Of a stretch of 64,000 nt of DNA, positions 40,701-53,400 are shown piece after piece. Below the pieces are notes generated by a model that worked only from the letters and a program-made list of their open reading frames with translations, made no database searches and was not told the DNA's origin. Source of the stretch: Sphaerodactylus townsendi (taxonomy: Eukaryota). Every line of letters begins with the position of its first letter. Position 1 is the stretch's first letter. The position numbers were made by a program, and so were the translations under genes. The stretch covers positions 35,340,001 to 35,404,000 of the forward strand of contig NC_059436.1 of assembly GCF_021028975.2 (NCBI RefSeq), written 5' to 3'.

Positions 40701-43700
40701 GTTGCTATGGCGACGAGGGCCTAGTTGGGCCGGGGAGGAGGACGTTGGACTTCTTTGGGGTGTCGAGAGGGAAGCTTGGACGAGGAGGGTGCTGTGGGAA
40801 TGTAGGACCACGCTGTCTGGATGAAATATAATATGTGTGACACTGGGGAAGAATTTATGGAACTCCACTATAGGAGGGTTTGGCTGGGGTAGCGTGGCCA
40901 GCTCCGGGTTAGGACATTCCTGGGGAATTTGGGGGTTGGAGACTGGGGAAGGTGGGGTTTGGGGAGAGGAAGAGTGCAATACCAAAGACTCCACCTCCCG
41001 AAGCAGCCATTTTCTTCAGAGAAACTGATCTTTGTGGTTCGGAGATCAGCTGTAATTCTGGAATATTTCCAGGCTCCACCTGGAGGTTGGAAACCCTAGT
41101 GTGGGGTGTCTGGGTGAGTGGGAGGAGTCTATGGGTGCTATCCCAGAAATTGGGGTAAAGGGATGCAAGAGAGGCTGTACTTGAGAAAGCGATATACTAC
41201 CATGGGCTGTGGGGAAGGTAGAATTATGCCTGCAGGAGAAAACAGGGGCACCTTGTTGTACATTATAAGCAAAGGGTTCTGAGCATCTTATGATTAAGGT
41301 ATGGACCTACTGCATATGCAGACTGTGCTCATAGCCTTGAGAGCAAGATTGAGGAGTGGTTGAGGTATTCACCAAAGTGCTTTGGGACTGGAAGATGCTG
41401 CTGAAAAACAATCTAGCAAGTTTGCTTGGAAGGATGTCTTACTTCCTTACGTAGGGCTTACTTCCAGGAAAGTATTCTTGAAATTGCAGTTTTTATGTAG
41501 TGTATGATAGAGAGGACTATAGGCTTGTCTAGCGTTCCACTGAGCTTGAATATCTGAGTACCCATCTAATGAAACATGGTGTCTGGGGTGCCAACAACCA
41601 CTGCAAGCTGTTTGTACATAGAACAGGTTATAACACCGCGTGGTTTGGCTCCCCACCATTGTATTTGTATTTATTTTTAAGTCATTTATAGTCTGCCTTT
41701 CTCTCTGAGATTCAAAGTGAATTAGACAATGCAAGTCAAATACTACCAACAGGATGGGACATCCAATAAACTATTGTTGGGTAATAACATTACCAAATAG
41801 TGTCATGTGAGCTGAAATGGACAGCAACCAGCGGTCCTGTGGATTAGATCTGTGAAAGAAAGCATTAGCAGTTGCAGACCATGAGCAAAGTTGTGCTGTT
41901 CACCGCCCTGAGCCCTTTGGGGGAGGGCAGTATACAAAGTGAATAATACAATACAAAGATGTGGCTGAGCGCACTGTTGTGTTGGACAAAGGTGTGTATT
42001 AAGAGAGTTCTCTGGATCTTCTCATGATACAACTCTTCATGCTCAGGTATTGAAGATCTCTGTTTAAAAAGGGATGAGCTGACCAAACAGATACGGCTAG
42101 AGGAAGAGGAGAAGGTTAAGCTGCAGAATGAAATCCGCCTCTTGACAGAGAAGCTGGCTCGTATTAATGAGAATCTGGCCCGCAAGATGGCTTCCCGGAA
42201 TGAATTTGATAAAACCATTGCTGAGACAGAAGCTGCTTATATGAAGGTATTGGCTGTAGAACTCTCATAGCTTGATTTGCTTTTCTTCAAGGTGGCTGGG
42301 CAGAGGCTGCAATGGAGGAAAGGGCTGGTCAGTTGCAGCTGACTTATTGCGACCCTGTAGCATTTCCAAGCCAAGAGACGTTCAGAAGTGGTTTGCTATT
42401 GCCTGCTTCTGCATAGCAACCCTGGAGTTCCTTGGTGATCTCTCATCCAAATACTAACTAGGGCTGACCCTGCTTAGCTTGCAAGATCTTATGAGATAGC
42501 ATAAGCATAAGCATTTTATTGTCATTGTGCACGCACAACGAAATTTACAGCAGCATTCCTCGATGCACACAATTTCAGACTCATACATCATCCTCACTTT
42601 CCCCTTCCTCCACCCATCCCTACACAGCCCCAAATACATCAATATGAAGCAGCGGAGTTTAGCATAGCCACAGCTCTAGAGTAGAAGCTGTCTCTAAGCC
42701 TCTTTGTCCGAGACGTGGATGAGTGTGCTGGGCCATGCAGGCTATGGTTGCAGAAGCTGTATGCTTATATTAAGTGCAATATTCTTGCCAGATGTCTTGG
42801 TACTGCTCTTTGCTTTTCAGGAACTTGAGTTCAAATCAGTGCAGCCAAAATCTTGCTGAGCCTTCTTAATGGCTGGCCTTCAGGAGACCATTCTCTGATG
42901 CATGGCATTTTGAAGTCTGTTCACACACACACCAGTGAAACATACCATTAGGTTAACTTTATTGGGTGGGGAGAGGTAGAGAATCCTCTGTTACAAAGAA
43001 CAAAATCTCCAGAATTCTTTAACCTCTATAAGCCACTGGGACCTGTGTTAAAGCACTCCCAAGATGACTGCAAGTTGTGCTTGGTTCTTCCAGCTTTGCT
43101 GATGAACAGCACTAGGCAAATAGGAAAATACCAATGCTCATGGCAGTCTCCTTCAATATTAAGCAAATTCCAACATTTCTGGAAGCATTTTCTTGTTTGT
43201 TCTTAGCCACCTTGTCTTTCACCTTATGTGCATTGAAGAACTGGCGGTGTTTCAGCCTCTACAAGCACCTACCTTGCAGACTTGCTTAGCCTTCTTCACT
43301 TTCTATGATACAATCATGGCCCTTCCTGTTCTCTCAAAACCCAACTGAAACTTCCTTCCTTCCAGGGATTCTTACTCCTCAAACTATAACTCCAAAACTC
43401 TCCCCCACCCCCACCCCAATGTAGATCAGGTTGTTTTTTTGAAGCAGTTTAAGTAGTAGATCTTGAATATGGGCGTTTTTTGTGCTGGGAAGTACTGGTT
43501 GTTGAATTACAAACAAACCTGAGACAGATTATGCCTATTTATGAGATTCAGTCCTTAACTAAATGTTATATACAAACATGCAAAAAACTCCATATTGTTT
43601 ACCAGGGAATCTGTTTTTGGATGAGAGAGGGTTTATATTGAATCAACCTGGTCCCAATTCAGGTATTTTAAAAACCTGTTTGCATGTCATGTTCCAAAGT

Positions 43701-43858
43701 GGTATAAGTATAGGCATGTCCTAACTTTATTTTTGCTTTTCCTTTCTACTTTATAGATCTTGGAAAGTTCACAGACACTACTAAATGTCCTGAAAAAGGA
43801 AGCAGGGAGTCTCACCAAAGCCACAGATATGAAAAGCACTGGGACTAAAGAAAGCTGA
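40603..43858 (+). CDS. SSNA1: SS nuclear autoantigen 1 (NA14, microtubule-associated coiled-coil protein), 3 exons (40603-40654, 42047-42246, 43757-43858), 117 aa
   Basis: [29 protein letters not shown]...[31 protein letters not shown]. Exons of 52/200/102 nt are phase-consistent. Head-to-head with ANAPC2 as in human. Confidence 0.96.
42340..42489 (-). mobile_element. 5S rRNA-derived SINE in SSNA1 intron 2
   Basis: Minus strand GATCTTGCAAGCTAAGCAGGGTCAGCCCTAGTTAGTATTTGGATGAGAGA resembles the 5S rRNA internal control region and is followed by an RTE-like tail. A second diverged copy lies at about 44625-44815. Confidence 0.7.
42498..42709 (-). mobile_element. Rex1/Babar-like LINE 3' end
   Basis: Minus strand encodes [17 protein letters not shown], typical of a Rex1 ORF end, followed by AATAAA and a (TGCTTA)n tail. 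Confidence 0.65.
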
Positions 43859-43952
43859 ACAGTAGTTTCGGTTGACCTGAAATAGATTTTTAAGAGGGAG
43901 CTCCTGGCTCATAGGACACTTTACAGGCACTGCTTGGTTTAAAACAATGTCT

Positions 43953-43958
43953 AATAAA
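43953..43958 (+). terminator. Probable SSNA1 polyadenylation signal AATAAA
   Basis: AATAAA about 95 nt after the stop codon, followed by T-rich sequence. Confidence 0.6.
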
Positions 43959-46900
43959 TCTTTCTTATGTTTCAGTTAACAAAGATTCCATTGAATTGGC
44001 AAACAGCAAAAACCTTTCTTAGGGCACAATCGTCATATGGTTGTATAAGATTCGAACTACGTTTGTGTAGATTCAGAGCTCCTATACGTGGTTTTCTGTT
44101 CCAGCCTAACCCCTCTGTTGTAGCTTGAGATCTCTTTGTGACTGTTAATTCCATGTTTTCATACAGTATCTATTACATGGCATTACACATTGGCCAAGCC
44201 CAAGACTGAACAAGCTGTGGCATGGAAGGTTGAGTACAATGCTGGACCTGTCTGGTTTATGGTATAAGCTAAAATAATTGCAGTGTTGAAAGGCAGCAGC
44301 AGGCAGATTTTAGAAATGTGCAAGGAATGGTAAGCAGTTTTTCTTAAGCACCAGGCTGAGATATTTGTTTCTGGTGTTAAGATACTGTATTTACTAAAAT
44401 GCAAGTCTGTATCCCCCCCTCCCCAGATATGCCATACAAAAAAACCAGTCGTCTTACATTCACATACAAGTCACAGTTATACAGTTTTAATTATTGGACA
44501 TGACTTCTTAGGGAGATCATCTTATAGTCAAGGTTGTATTCCTTTTGTGTAAATGAGGGAAAAGCAAGGGGAAGATTGAACTTTCGAATATTCTAAGCAT
44601 ACAAAAAACTGCTCTCTGTGTGTTAAGTGCCATGAAGTTGCAGCTGACTTATGAAAATCCCATGGGGTTTTCAAGACAAAAGATGATTTGCTAGTTTGCC
44701 ATTGCTTGCCTCTGCATAACAACCCTGGTCTTCTTTGGGGGTTTCCCACTCAAATACAAACCATGGCCAATCCCCAGATACTAACCATGGCCAATCCCTC
44801 TAAGCTTCCAAGATTGGGCACACCAGCTCTGCTAGATGGTGAAAGACCTTTGTGTAATTTATAACTTGGTCAGAGTGATTCTTTTAATTTTTATCTTCCA
44901 GACAGCATTGGTTTCCTTAGTGGTATTCCCATATGGCTTTCAAAAACATGGTTCCATGATAAACCTGGGCATAGCCTTTTTAGAAGATAAAATGAGGCCA
45001 AGTTCCTTTTTCGATGGATTAGCTGGAAGGACAGAGTCTCTTTAGTACACCTAATTAGACCTCCTTTGCTTAATTAAGGTTACTTTGTTGTAGCCTTGTA
45101 GCTACATTATACATAGTACTTGAATGTCATGGCGGGTATAACTATCCAATTATCTTACAAGCTACAGGAGCCAGATTGTAGAAGTCATATGTCCCTGCAA
45201 TCAAGTTTTCTGAAAATGTGTGTCAATCTGAGTCTCCTCCCCCCTCCCTTTTTTTACAGAGATATACTTGTGAAGCACATATAGGCCATGTAGCTCTGGT
45301 TAAACTACTGGTAGTCATGCAGGAGTAGGATCAAACATTCTGCCCAGCTGGTTTTATCCTACTGCTTCCTAGTAGTTCTTTGTGTTACAATTGTGCACAT
45401 TGAAATGAAAGCACTTTTCCCTGGTCACAGTACTGGCAACTAGAGCTCAAGTAAAAGTCTCATGTTTTGGGGGAAAAAGTTGAAAACTTCAGGCCTCATA
45501 AAAGTCTGGCTTGAATTAAAGTGACATGAAGATCAGATTCTGTTGCCATAGGTTGCCACAAAGCAATATCCCCACCACCACAATGCAGCTGTCATGATTA
45601 TTTAGTCAGGACTGTTTGTGCGTCCTGCACTGAACAAAAGAGCTGGGAATATGCTTCAAAGAATGCCAGAAAAATAAGTGCTTTACAAAGAAGCCTTTCT
45701 AATTTCATTTTGCTATTCTGTATAGGTTTATTCTAGTCATAGAAACAGACATGTCCGAAGACATTCCGGATTATACTTAAATCAACAAAAATTACCATCA
45801 GGCATGAGTGAAGAAATCACTTGTGTAGTTTAATGAGCTTTGGAAGCACAAAGTGATACCATTCCTGGGGGAAGGGGAATGACAAATATAGTAGTTTGGC
45901 CTCTCCAGCCAGACCCAGCAACAATGGGCAGCTGAGTGCATGATCTAGAATTCCCAATCCCTCCAATGAATTGTTCTGAAGTGCAAAATACAGAGCATTT
46001 TATAATTCATCACAGTAAATAAGCTCAATCTGATTTGACATTCTAAACAAAAAGAAGTAAGTTTCAGAGTAGAAGCCTTGGTCCTTTGGAGTAGGGCTGG
46101 ATGTAAGGATTTATCATTTCCATTTACACACATTAATTTCAACCATGTTTCTACACGCACACCGGAGTATGGATAATTTTCTATTCTTCTAAAGAATGCC
46201 ATTTATCAAGTTTACAGTACTTAATCTCACTTCCTTAACCTGGTCATAGTAAATTGCTATGTAGAACAGTTACTGCAAAAGCTATCCAAATACAGCACAC
46301 ACCTTCAGGCTTCCACATCAGCTCCTTCTAAAGAGTGTGGCCATGAAAGGTCATTACTGCAACTTCTGACAGGAAGGATAAGAAAGAAATAAGGTTTCTC
46401 CACCTGCAAACATGGAGATGGGTTAACCCAACAGCTGTTCTGGAGACAAAATCTTGAGATCTAGGAGCTGCGGACTTCTCAGAGGAGAACTGGATAAGAA
46501 TTCTGCTTTGCAACTAATGAAAATGTACTTAAGGTGGTGTTTGATAACAGTGTTCATGAAGTGGCTAATCACTAATAGCCAGAGGTTATGTGAACAGCTG
46601 TTCCCCTCCAGCCCTGGTTATTCAGTTAAGCTATTATCCAGTTTCCAACCAGCCTGAGGAAAGGTGCACATGTGGCAATGCTCCACTCAGACAGAAATTG
46701 GATGTTTCAGATGATTGCAAAGTTTGCACAAAGTGAGCATAAGAAATAGCCAGGGGCTTGTTTGAAATTATGCTCACATACACTCAGATATTGGTCCTTG
46801 TTAAAGGTGTACATCCACAATCAGTCCTTGTAATGCTGGACACTATTTCCAAGTTTACTTTTCTATTAAAGAACAGTTTTTTTCTTTGTTAATTAACCAA

Positions 46901-47460
46901 ACCAGCCAGGCAACGTTAGTGTCCATTATTTGCACAATAGAAAAATCTTCAAACTTCAGTCTTTCAGAGCATTCTAAGGTGAATTCTAAGATGGTGTTTT
47001 CCACCAGAGGGCATCTATCAATTTACACCTTGTTTGCATAGATCTAGTACCCAAGCCGTCAAGCCAGTTCAAACATGCTTGGCTGAAAGTGCACAGCACA
47101 GCCAAGCAAGAAGAAAAGCATGTCAGCAATCAGCAGTCCAGTCACAATCCAGTTCAATTTCTTCTTGAACCATCCAAAAAATGGTGATTCACGTTCCATT
47201 ACTCAGCCACTGGTCTTGAGCGGAACTGGTAAGGCCACAGGTATAACAAGTAGGCTGCCTCAGAACAAGTCGTGCACCAGAATCCAGTGTAAATACAGAG
47301 CTGCCCCACCCCAAATGGCTTCTTGGAACCCAATAAGGGGCAGCAACTTGGCTATAAATGCCCACCTTGTTCTCCCATTAAGTGCGTCTGCAGGCACCTG
47401 TAGGGAAGGAGACCAGGAATTTTGGAGTGGCCTCTGTTCAGCACCAAGTCAGACTAGCAG

Positions 47461-50400
47461 TTAGAAGTACAGGGCAGGTTCACTACCAAAGTCAGAGAGG
47501 CTACTTTTGTCTGCTGGAGTGAGCTGTGAGAGGAGACAAAAAAAGATACCACAATGTTGTTCCTCCAGATAATGGATACAGGAAATGAAACAATGACATT
47601 AAAAGCACCGCAAAGGAGCCACACAATGCAATAAAGAAATGCAACTATTCCAAAAGGGAATAAATCTGGCAGCCAGTGATTCTATATCAAGTTACAGGAT
47701 GCCATGGCATCTCCCAACATTGGCAAAGTTTGAACCTGAAGTCAACAGGTTATCTTGTGGCCTCTTCAAAAGTCAGAGGAGAGGTAAGTGTGGGAATCAT
47801 TTCACAATTTTAAAAGATGAAGGCGTTTATGCTTCCTTCAGCTCAAAACAGAAAAAGAAAAAGTTGAAACTCAAACAACTGCTCCCCCTAGATCTTACCA
47901 TGTCTTGGTTGCCAGGAAGGGAAGCATCCCGTGGAAAGGCCCCTGTGCTTGGAGGTATCTCCTCATATTGCTGCTCCTGCCACTTGCTGAATTCAACTGA
48001 GTGTTTTGGGGTATAACTTGATAAACCTATAGAAAAAGCACACAAAGTGGAGTCTGAACAACAGCAGCTAGATGAACAAGCAGAAGTAAAACATGAGCAG
48101 TCCAATCCGGGGGGGGGGGGGGGGGCTGAATGAGCTGTGTTGTGGCACTGGGTTGTGCCAATGTATTTGCCCCCTTGTGCAAGGGGCACCTGTGCCAGTG
48201 GAGAAGGCAAAAGTGTTGACGACCAGGCACCCCTCGGCTCTGCGGCAGCAAAACCCAGAAGTGGGCACAGCTGCAGAGGAATGATAGCATCCAATTGGAC
48301 ACTGGTGGGGGGTGGGGGGAAGGCAGGGCATTCTCAGGGGTGTAGCTGACCTTAGTCAGCTTCCCCCCCCCCCCCCCCCCCCCGGCTTTAGAGCTGGGAA
48401 CACTGTGGCCAGGGCTTCAGAGTTATGCCACCCTTTTTAGAGGCATTACTCCATTAAGCCCCATGGATGGTTTCCAGGCGGCTCTTTTTTCTTTTAGCTG
48501 CCTCCCTGCACCGCTTGGAAGGCCTCTGGAGGCAATGCGAAAGCAGTGCCGTCCACAGCAGTCTCAGGATCTGGATTGAGAGGAAAAAGGCTTTAAAGCA
48601 GATCCATCCCTGATTTTTGCTCCAGAGACTAGAACAAAACAACACGTTAATTAATGAAATCACATAGCTTGCAACTACTCCACCTCATCTTCCTTTACAA
48701 GAAAACGGCTGCTAAGCGACTGTGCAGAGACAACAGTGCCCCAATTTAGAACCTAGGCTTTTAAAATTACACCCAAACATTATTCATGACTAATACCTTG
48801 AATGGATGCATGGCTCCAAGTAAAGGAAACAGCAGCTCTTTAGAAAAACAGAGGATTTGCAGGACTGTATTTTAGTCTTAATTATATTTGGAATTACCTA
48901 ACTGCTAGTTAGGACCTTACAATTATCACACTACACTTGCAAATGTTAGAAATATGGAAAGTTCACTTCTCTCCACTAATTTGTGTGAATTATTAAAGAG
49001 CAACAGAAAACAGAGTGATTAACAGGAAAAAATAGCCTTTTAAGAACATGTATATTTTCTGTCTCATTTAAAGACACTGCTCTTTGAACCACAGCCATAA
49101 AAGCATGCTCTGCAACATGAACAGTTAGACAACATAACCTTTTTCTCCAAAGATCAGTGGAGGTTCACCAGCGGCTTCAGCCACAGTGGAAGAGAAAAAT
49201 GATGGGCAAGGTAGGAATACCCAAATTCCTCTCATTACCATCCTTCTCAGCATAGAGAAGGATGCAGCAGTGGTGTAGTGGTTAAGAGCAGGTGCATTCT
49301 AATCTGGAGGAACCGGGCTTGATTCCCTGCTCTGCCGCTTGAGCTTTGGAGGTTTATCTGGGGAATTCAGATTAGCCTGTGCACTCCCATGCACACCAGC
49401 TGGGTGACCTTGGGCTAATCACAGCTTTTTGGAGCTCTTTCAGCCCCACCCACCTCACAGGGTGTTTGTTGTGAGGGGGGAAGGGCAAGGAGATTGTAAG
49501 CCCCTTTGAGTCTCCTACAGGAGAGAAAGGGAGGATATAAATCCAAACTTTTCTTCTTCTTCATAGCCCTACGTGGTTTACCTGAGTTTACTGCATTTGA
49601 GCTCTGGATACTGTTTGGGCGAGGAATGATCAAGGCAGGTTTCTCATCCACTTCTGTTGCATATTCTTCATCACCATTCTCCTCTGCCTCCACTAAGGAG
49701 CTTTCTGATGGATATTCAAACATAGTTTGAAGGCTGCTTTCATTGAAAGAGATCTTCATCTGGAAGAAAGGAAGTGGGACATGGGAAGCTGCTTTGTAAC
49801 CCTACCTGAAGTTTGATAGTTGCTAGCTTACTCCACCTGAAGGGTCACTGTGGTAATTATTTAAAAGTACACATTGAAGAAAAACAATCCAATTGTGAAG
49901 GTAAAAAACAGCATTAAAGTTCCACCTTGTCCCTGCTTAGCCCAGCCACCAAATACTAGCACAAAAAGGGTCATATAGCTCTTCTGAAAAACTTTAAGGA
50001 TAAGAAACAAACACCAAGAATTCCTCTAACAGTGCATTATACATTATACATGGATGGTAAATTCATGTTACAGCGTTGTCCCAGATAATCTAGACTAACC
50101 TTTGTTGGTGTGGGCCATCACAGCTGATAACGGTTCATTTCTAGAGTTTGTGCTACAAATGCAGGTCAGAAAAGTAGGAGCGTTTTAGGTCACAGACGCT
50201 TACTCTAAGAGGGTCTTTCAATCTCCTTCAACAGTAAATCCCTATGCTGGAAAAAGAACTTTAAAAACATACTTGTGCAAGTACTCCTATTAAGTCACAG
50301 AAATCAGATTGCTTCCCATCCCAGCTCATTTCTGCCTCTATCAATTTATGGCACAATGCAGGCTCCTCCTACCTTTGCCTTTCTTTCACATATACTACCA

Positions 50401-53400
50401 CCAAACTTTATGCTTCATTCAGGACATCACACTGGTTCCAACCCAAAAACTACTAAGCAGAAGAAGACCAAGGAATGCTTGGAAAAGGGAAGAGACAAGC
50501 TTTCACTATCAGTCATATATCCTTTACCCTTGAAAGGTACACTCCTATCTGGGATGGTTGTCCTCTTCCACTGAGCATGCAGCTTCGGGGACACGCATAA
50601 AATACTGACAGAGGTAGGGGACACTCACCTAGACAGCCAAATCAATCCAATCCCCCCCACCCCGGTGATTCATGGGGTGATAGATGTTACAGCCAGATTG
50701 CCCTCATACCCAGTATTAGTCTTCTTTTTAGAAAATGCAAACTTCTCCATATCAAGCACCACCAAGTTCAGCACCCATTAGGTTAACAGTCCAATTCTCA
50801 TACTTGTTTAGATTTAAATCTTTCGGCAGTATACAATCCTGTTAGGGCAGAACTGCTTCTGTTTCAGCCCAGTTCTCTTCATTCCCTGGCCAATCCCCTA
50901 GAGGTGATAAGCCAGTGATGGTGAACCTTTTTGAGACCAAGTGCCCAAATTGCAACCCAAAACCCACTTATTTATTGCAAAGTGCCCACACGACAATTTA
51001 ACCTGAATACTGAGGTTTTAGTTTAGAAAAAACGGTTGGCTCCAAGGCCTGCGTTACTCAGGAGTAAGCTTGGTGGTAGTTGGTGGCTTTGCTTTGAAGC
51101 AACTGTGCAACTCTTCCAACGGGTGAATCACAACCCTAGGAGGGTTTACTCAGAAGCAAGCCCCATTGCCAGCAACTGAGCTTACTCCCAGGTAAAGGAT
51201 CATGCTTTAGTTCTTCCAATGAAAATCAGTGGGATTTAACAGCGCTTAACAGGGTTACCTACACTGCTTCCCCAAAACTATGTCTTAAGTTTAATGCTAA
51301 TAATCGAGCCCAGGCCAGCCGAGATGTGTGCGTGGGGACTCTGTTTGCGCGTGCCCACAGAGAGGGCTCTGAGTGCCACCTCTGGCACCTGTGCCATAGG
51401 TTCGCCACAACTGTGATAAGCTGTAAACTCTGGTTATTTGTGTAGCTATGGTCTTATCTGTTCTAGGGTCTGGGCCACATGACAATCAAGTAAGAATGAA
51501 CCCCAAAGGTTACTGTTGCTGCAGTGATACATTCATCTTTTGCATCATGACTGATTCCAGTCCCCTCTTCCCTACAATTCCCATTAAATCCAAATAGGTT
51601 TATGTTAGTGAACCTTCGGCTCTGGACTTGGTTTCTGACATTTGGACCTTTCAGTGCCATCTATGACCTCATTCTCCATTGTGCTTTCCCATAACTCTCA
51701 TTTCATTAACGATTTCATCAACACTAGCCTCCCTTCTTACAAGTCATTCTAGTTCCACATAGCTATTTAACAGGCACAGAGTTGCTTAAACTGCAAACAT
51801 ATTTACAGAGGTGGACTCAGCCACTAGACTTTCTTCCTCAATAGAGTCATTCAACCGTACCAGGAAGTACAGCTGGAGTGGTTGACTGAAATTCCATTCT
51901 CAAGGCCCGCATTGATTTCTGCTTAGTTTTTAATTTAGCCCGTTGCTCTGCTCGTGACTATCCGGGAAATGACCAGACAAGCCAAGCAGCATGTCTGTGC
52001 ATTAATAAAAAGTACAATAAAAAGTACAACAGATGGCCTCTGACATTTGAAGCCCAGGTAATCATCCTGCCCTTGTCTTCCTTGGTGTTCACAGTGCCCC
52101 GGGGGATCTTAATGAGAATGGCTTACATGCAGGCATAGCTTTATTGCCAGCAAAATCAAACACATTAACAAGTCTTGTCTATACTGCAAGCACATGGAAA
52201 ATGCAATGCAAAACTTTAGCTAATAATAAAAAGGGGTGGCAGCTAATCCTTCCACAGCCATCTCAATTTTGCACCATGAATGCACAACTTAGGCACGTTT
52301 ATATATGCTGCACAACCTGGAAGTACAGGTTCTCTTTCAATTAAACTCCACTTCAGACAATGCTGACTAGATGAACATATTAAATGTAAGGTACAAAAGC
52401 ACAGCATCCGTTGAAGGCCAAGTTTTAAGTGCATCTCCCATGTTTCTCCCTGCCAGTGTCCTGACTCTGGGGGTGAGCCCCATAGAGCTTTTTTTGCCGG
52501 AGGGGAGAGTACCCTCTAGCATTATTCCATGCTCTGATGTCTTATAGCGATATGCCAAGAATCTCCCCTTACAGGAGAGACAGCCCACAAAGTGACCAGC
52601 TCTCTGTAATCAATATGCCAAGACGCATGGCAGCCGGAGCAATACACAGGGCTCAAAATACCACATGCCACTTACAAGACATGGGTGAGTTTCAAGTTCC
52701 TTGGAAGAGACGTGCAGACAGAGGAGTCTGGATCCTGCCCCTGACTGACTGCCTGAATGAAAAGGAAGCTCTTTATAACATCTGCTCAGTGTGGTGGTGG
52801 GCACTCCATGCGTTACACTTAAAAATAAAAACTTCTCACAGACGATCAGAAGTGTGTCAAGCAGAACCCAGTACATGCCATTTATAAACTACGCTGCCAT
52901 CTCAGTTTACATGAGCACTGCGTCTAGTTTTTAAAAAGTGTTATTTGCATCTGGATATTGCTTTTCATTTATACACCATAACCTGTATTGTGATTGAATG
53001 CATTTTCTATCAGAAAAGCTGATTATTTGAAAAAGGGAAAAGGGTCACTCAAACCTATGTATGACAGTAGCACGATTAAAGCTATTTTAAAAATGTAAGC
53101 CATACTATCTGCTTCTTGGAGAGAACAGAACTTTCTGCCTCCACTGAAACCTAACTCCTATCAAACCTCCTTGAGCCATTCTGAACTTTTCGCAAGCTAG
53201 TCCTCCATAGAGGAGACCTGTATTTCTCTAGAAATGCTCATTCTGCCAACAGCCAGTGCCTAAGAGAAGATTGGAAACATTTACAGTAAACATCCAGCAG
53301 GACCACACTTTTATTATAACTGAAGTAATCCTTTATTTTAGAATCTACAACAAGATGAGCTCAAGGGCAGAGCAGGACAAATACAGCTCTTAGTAGGAGA

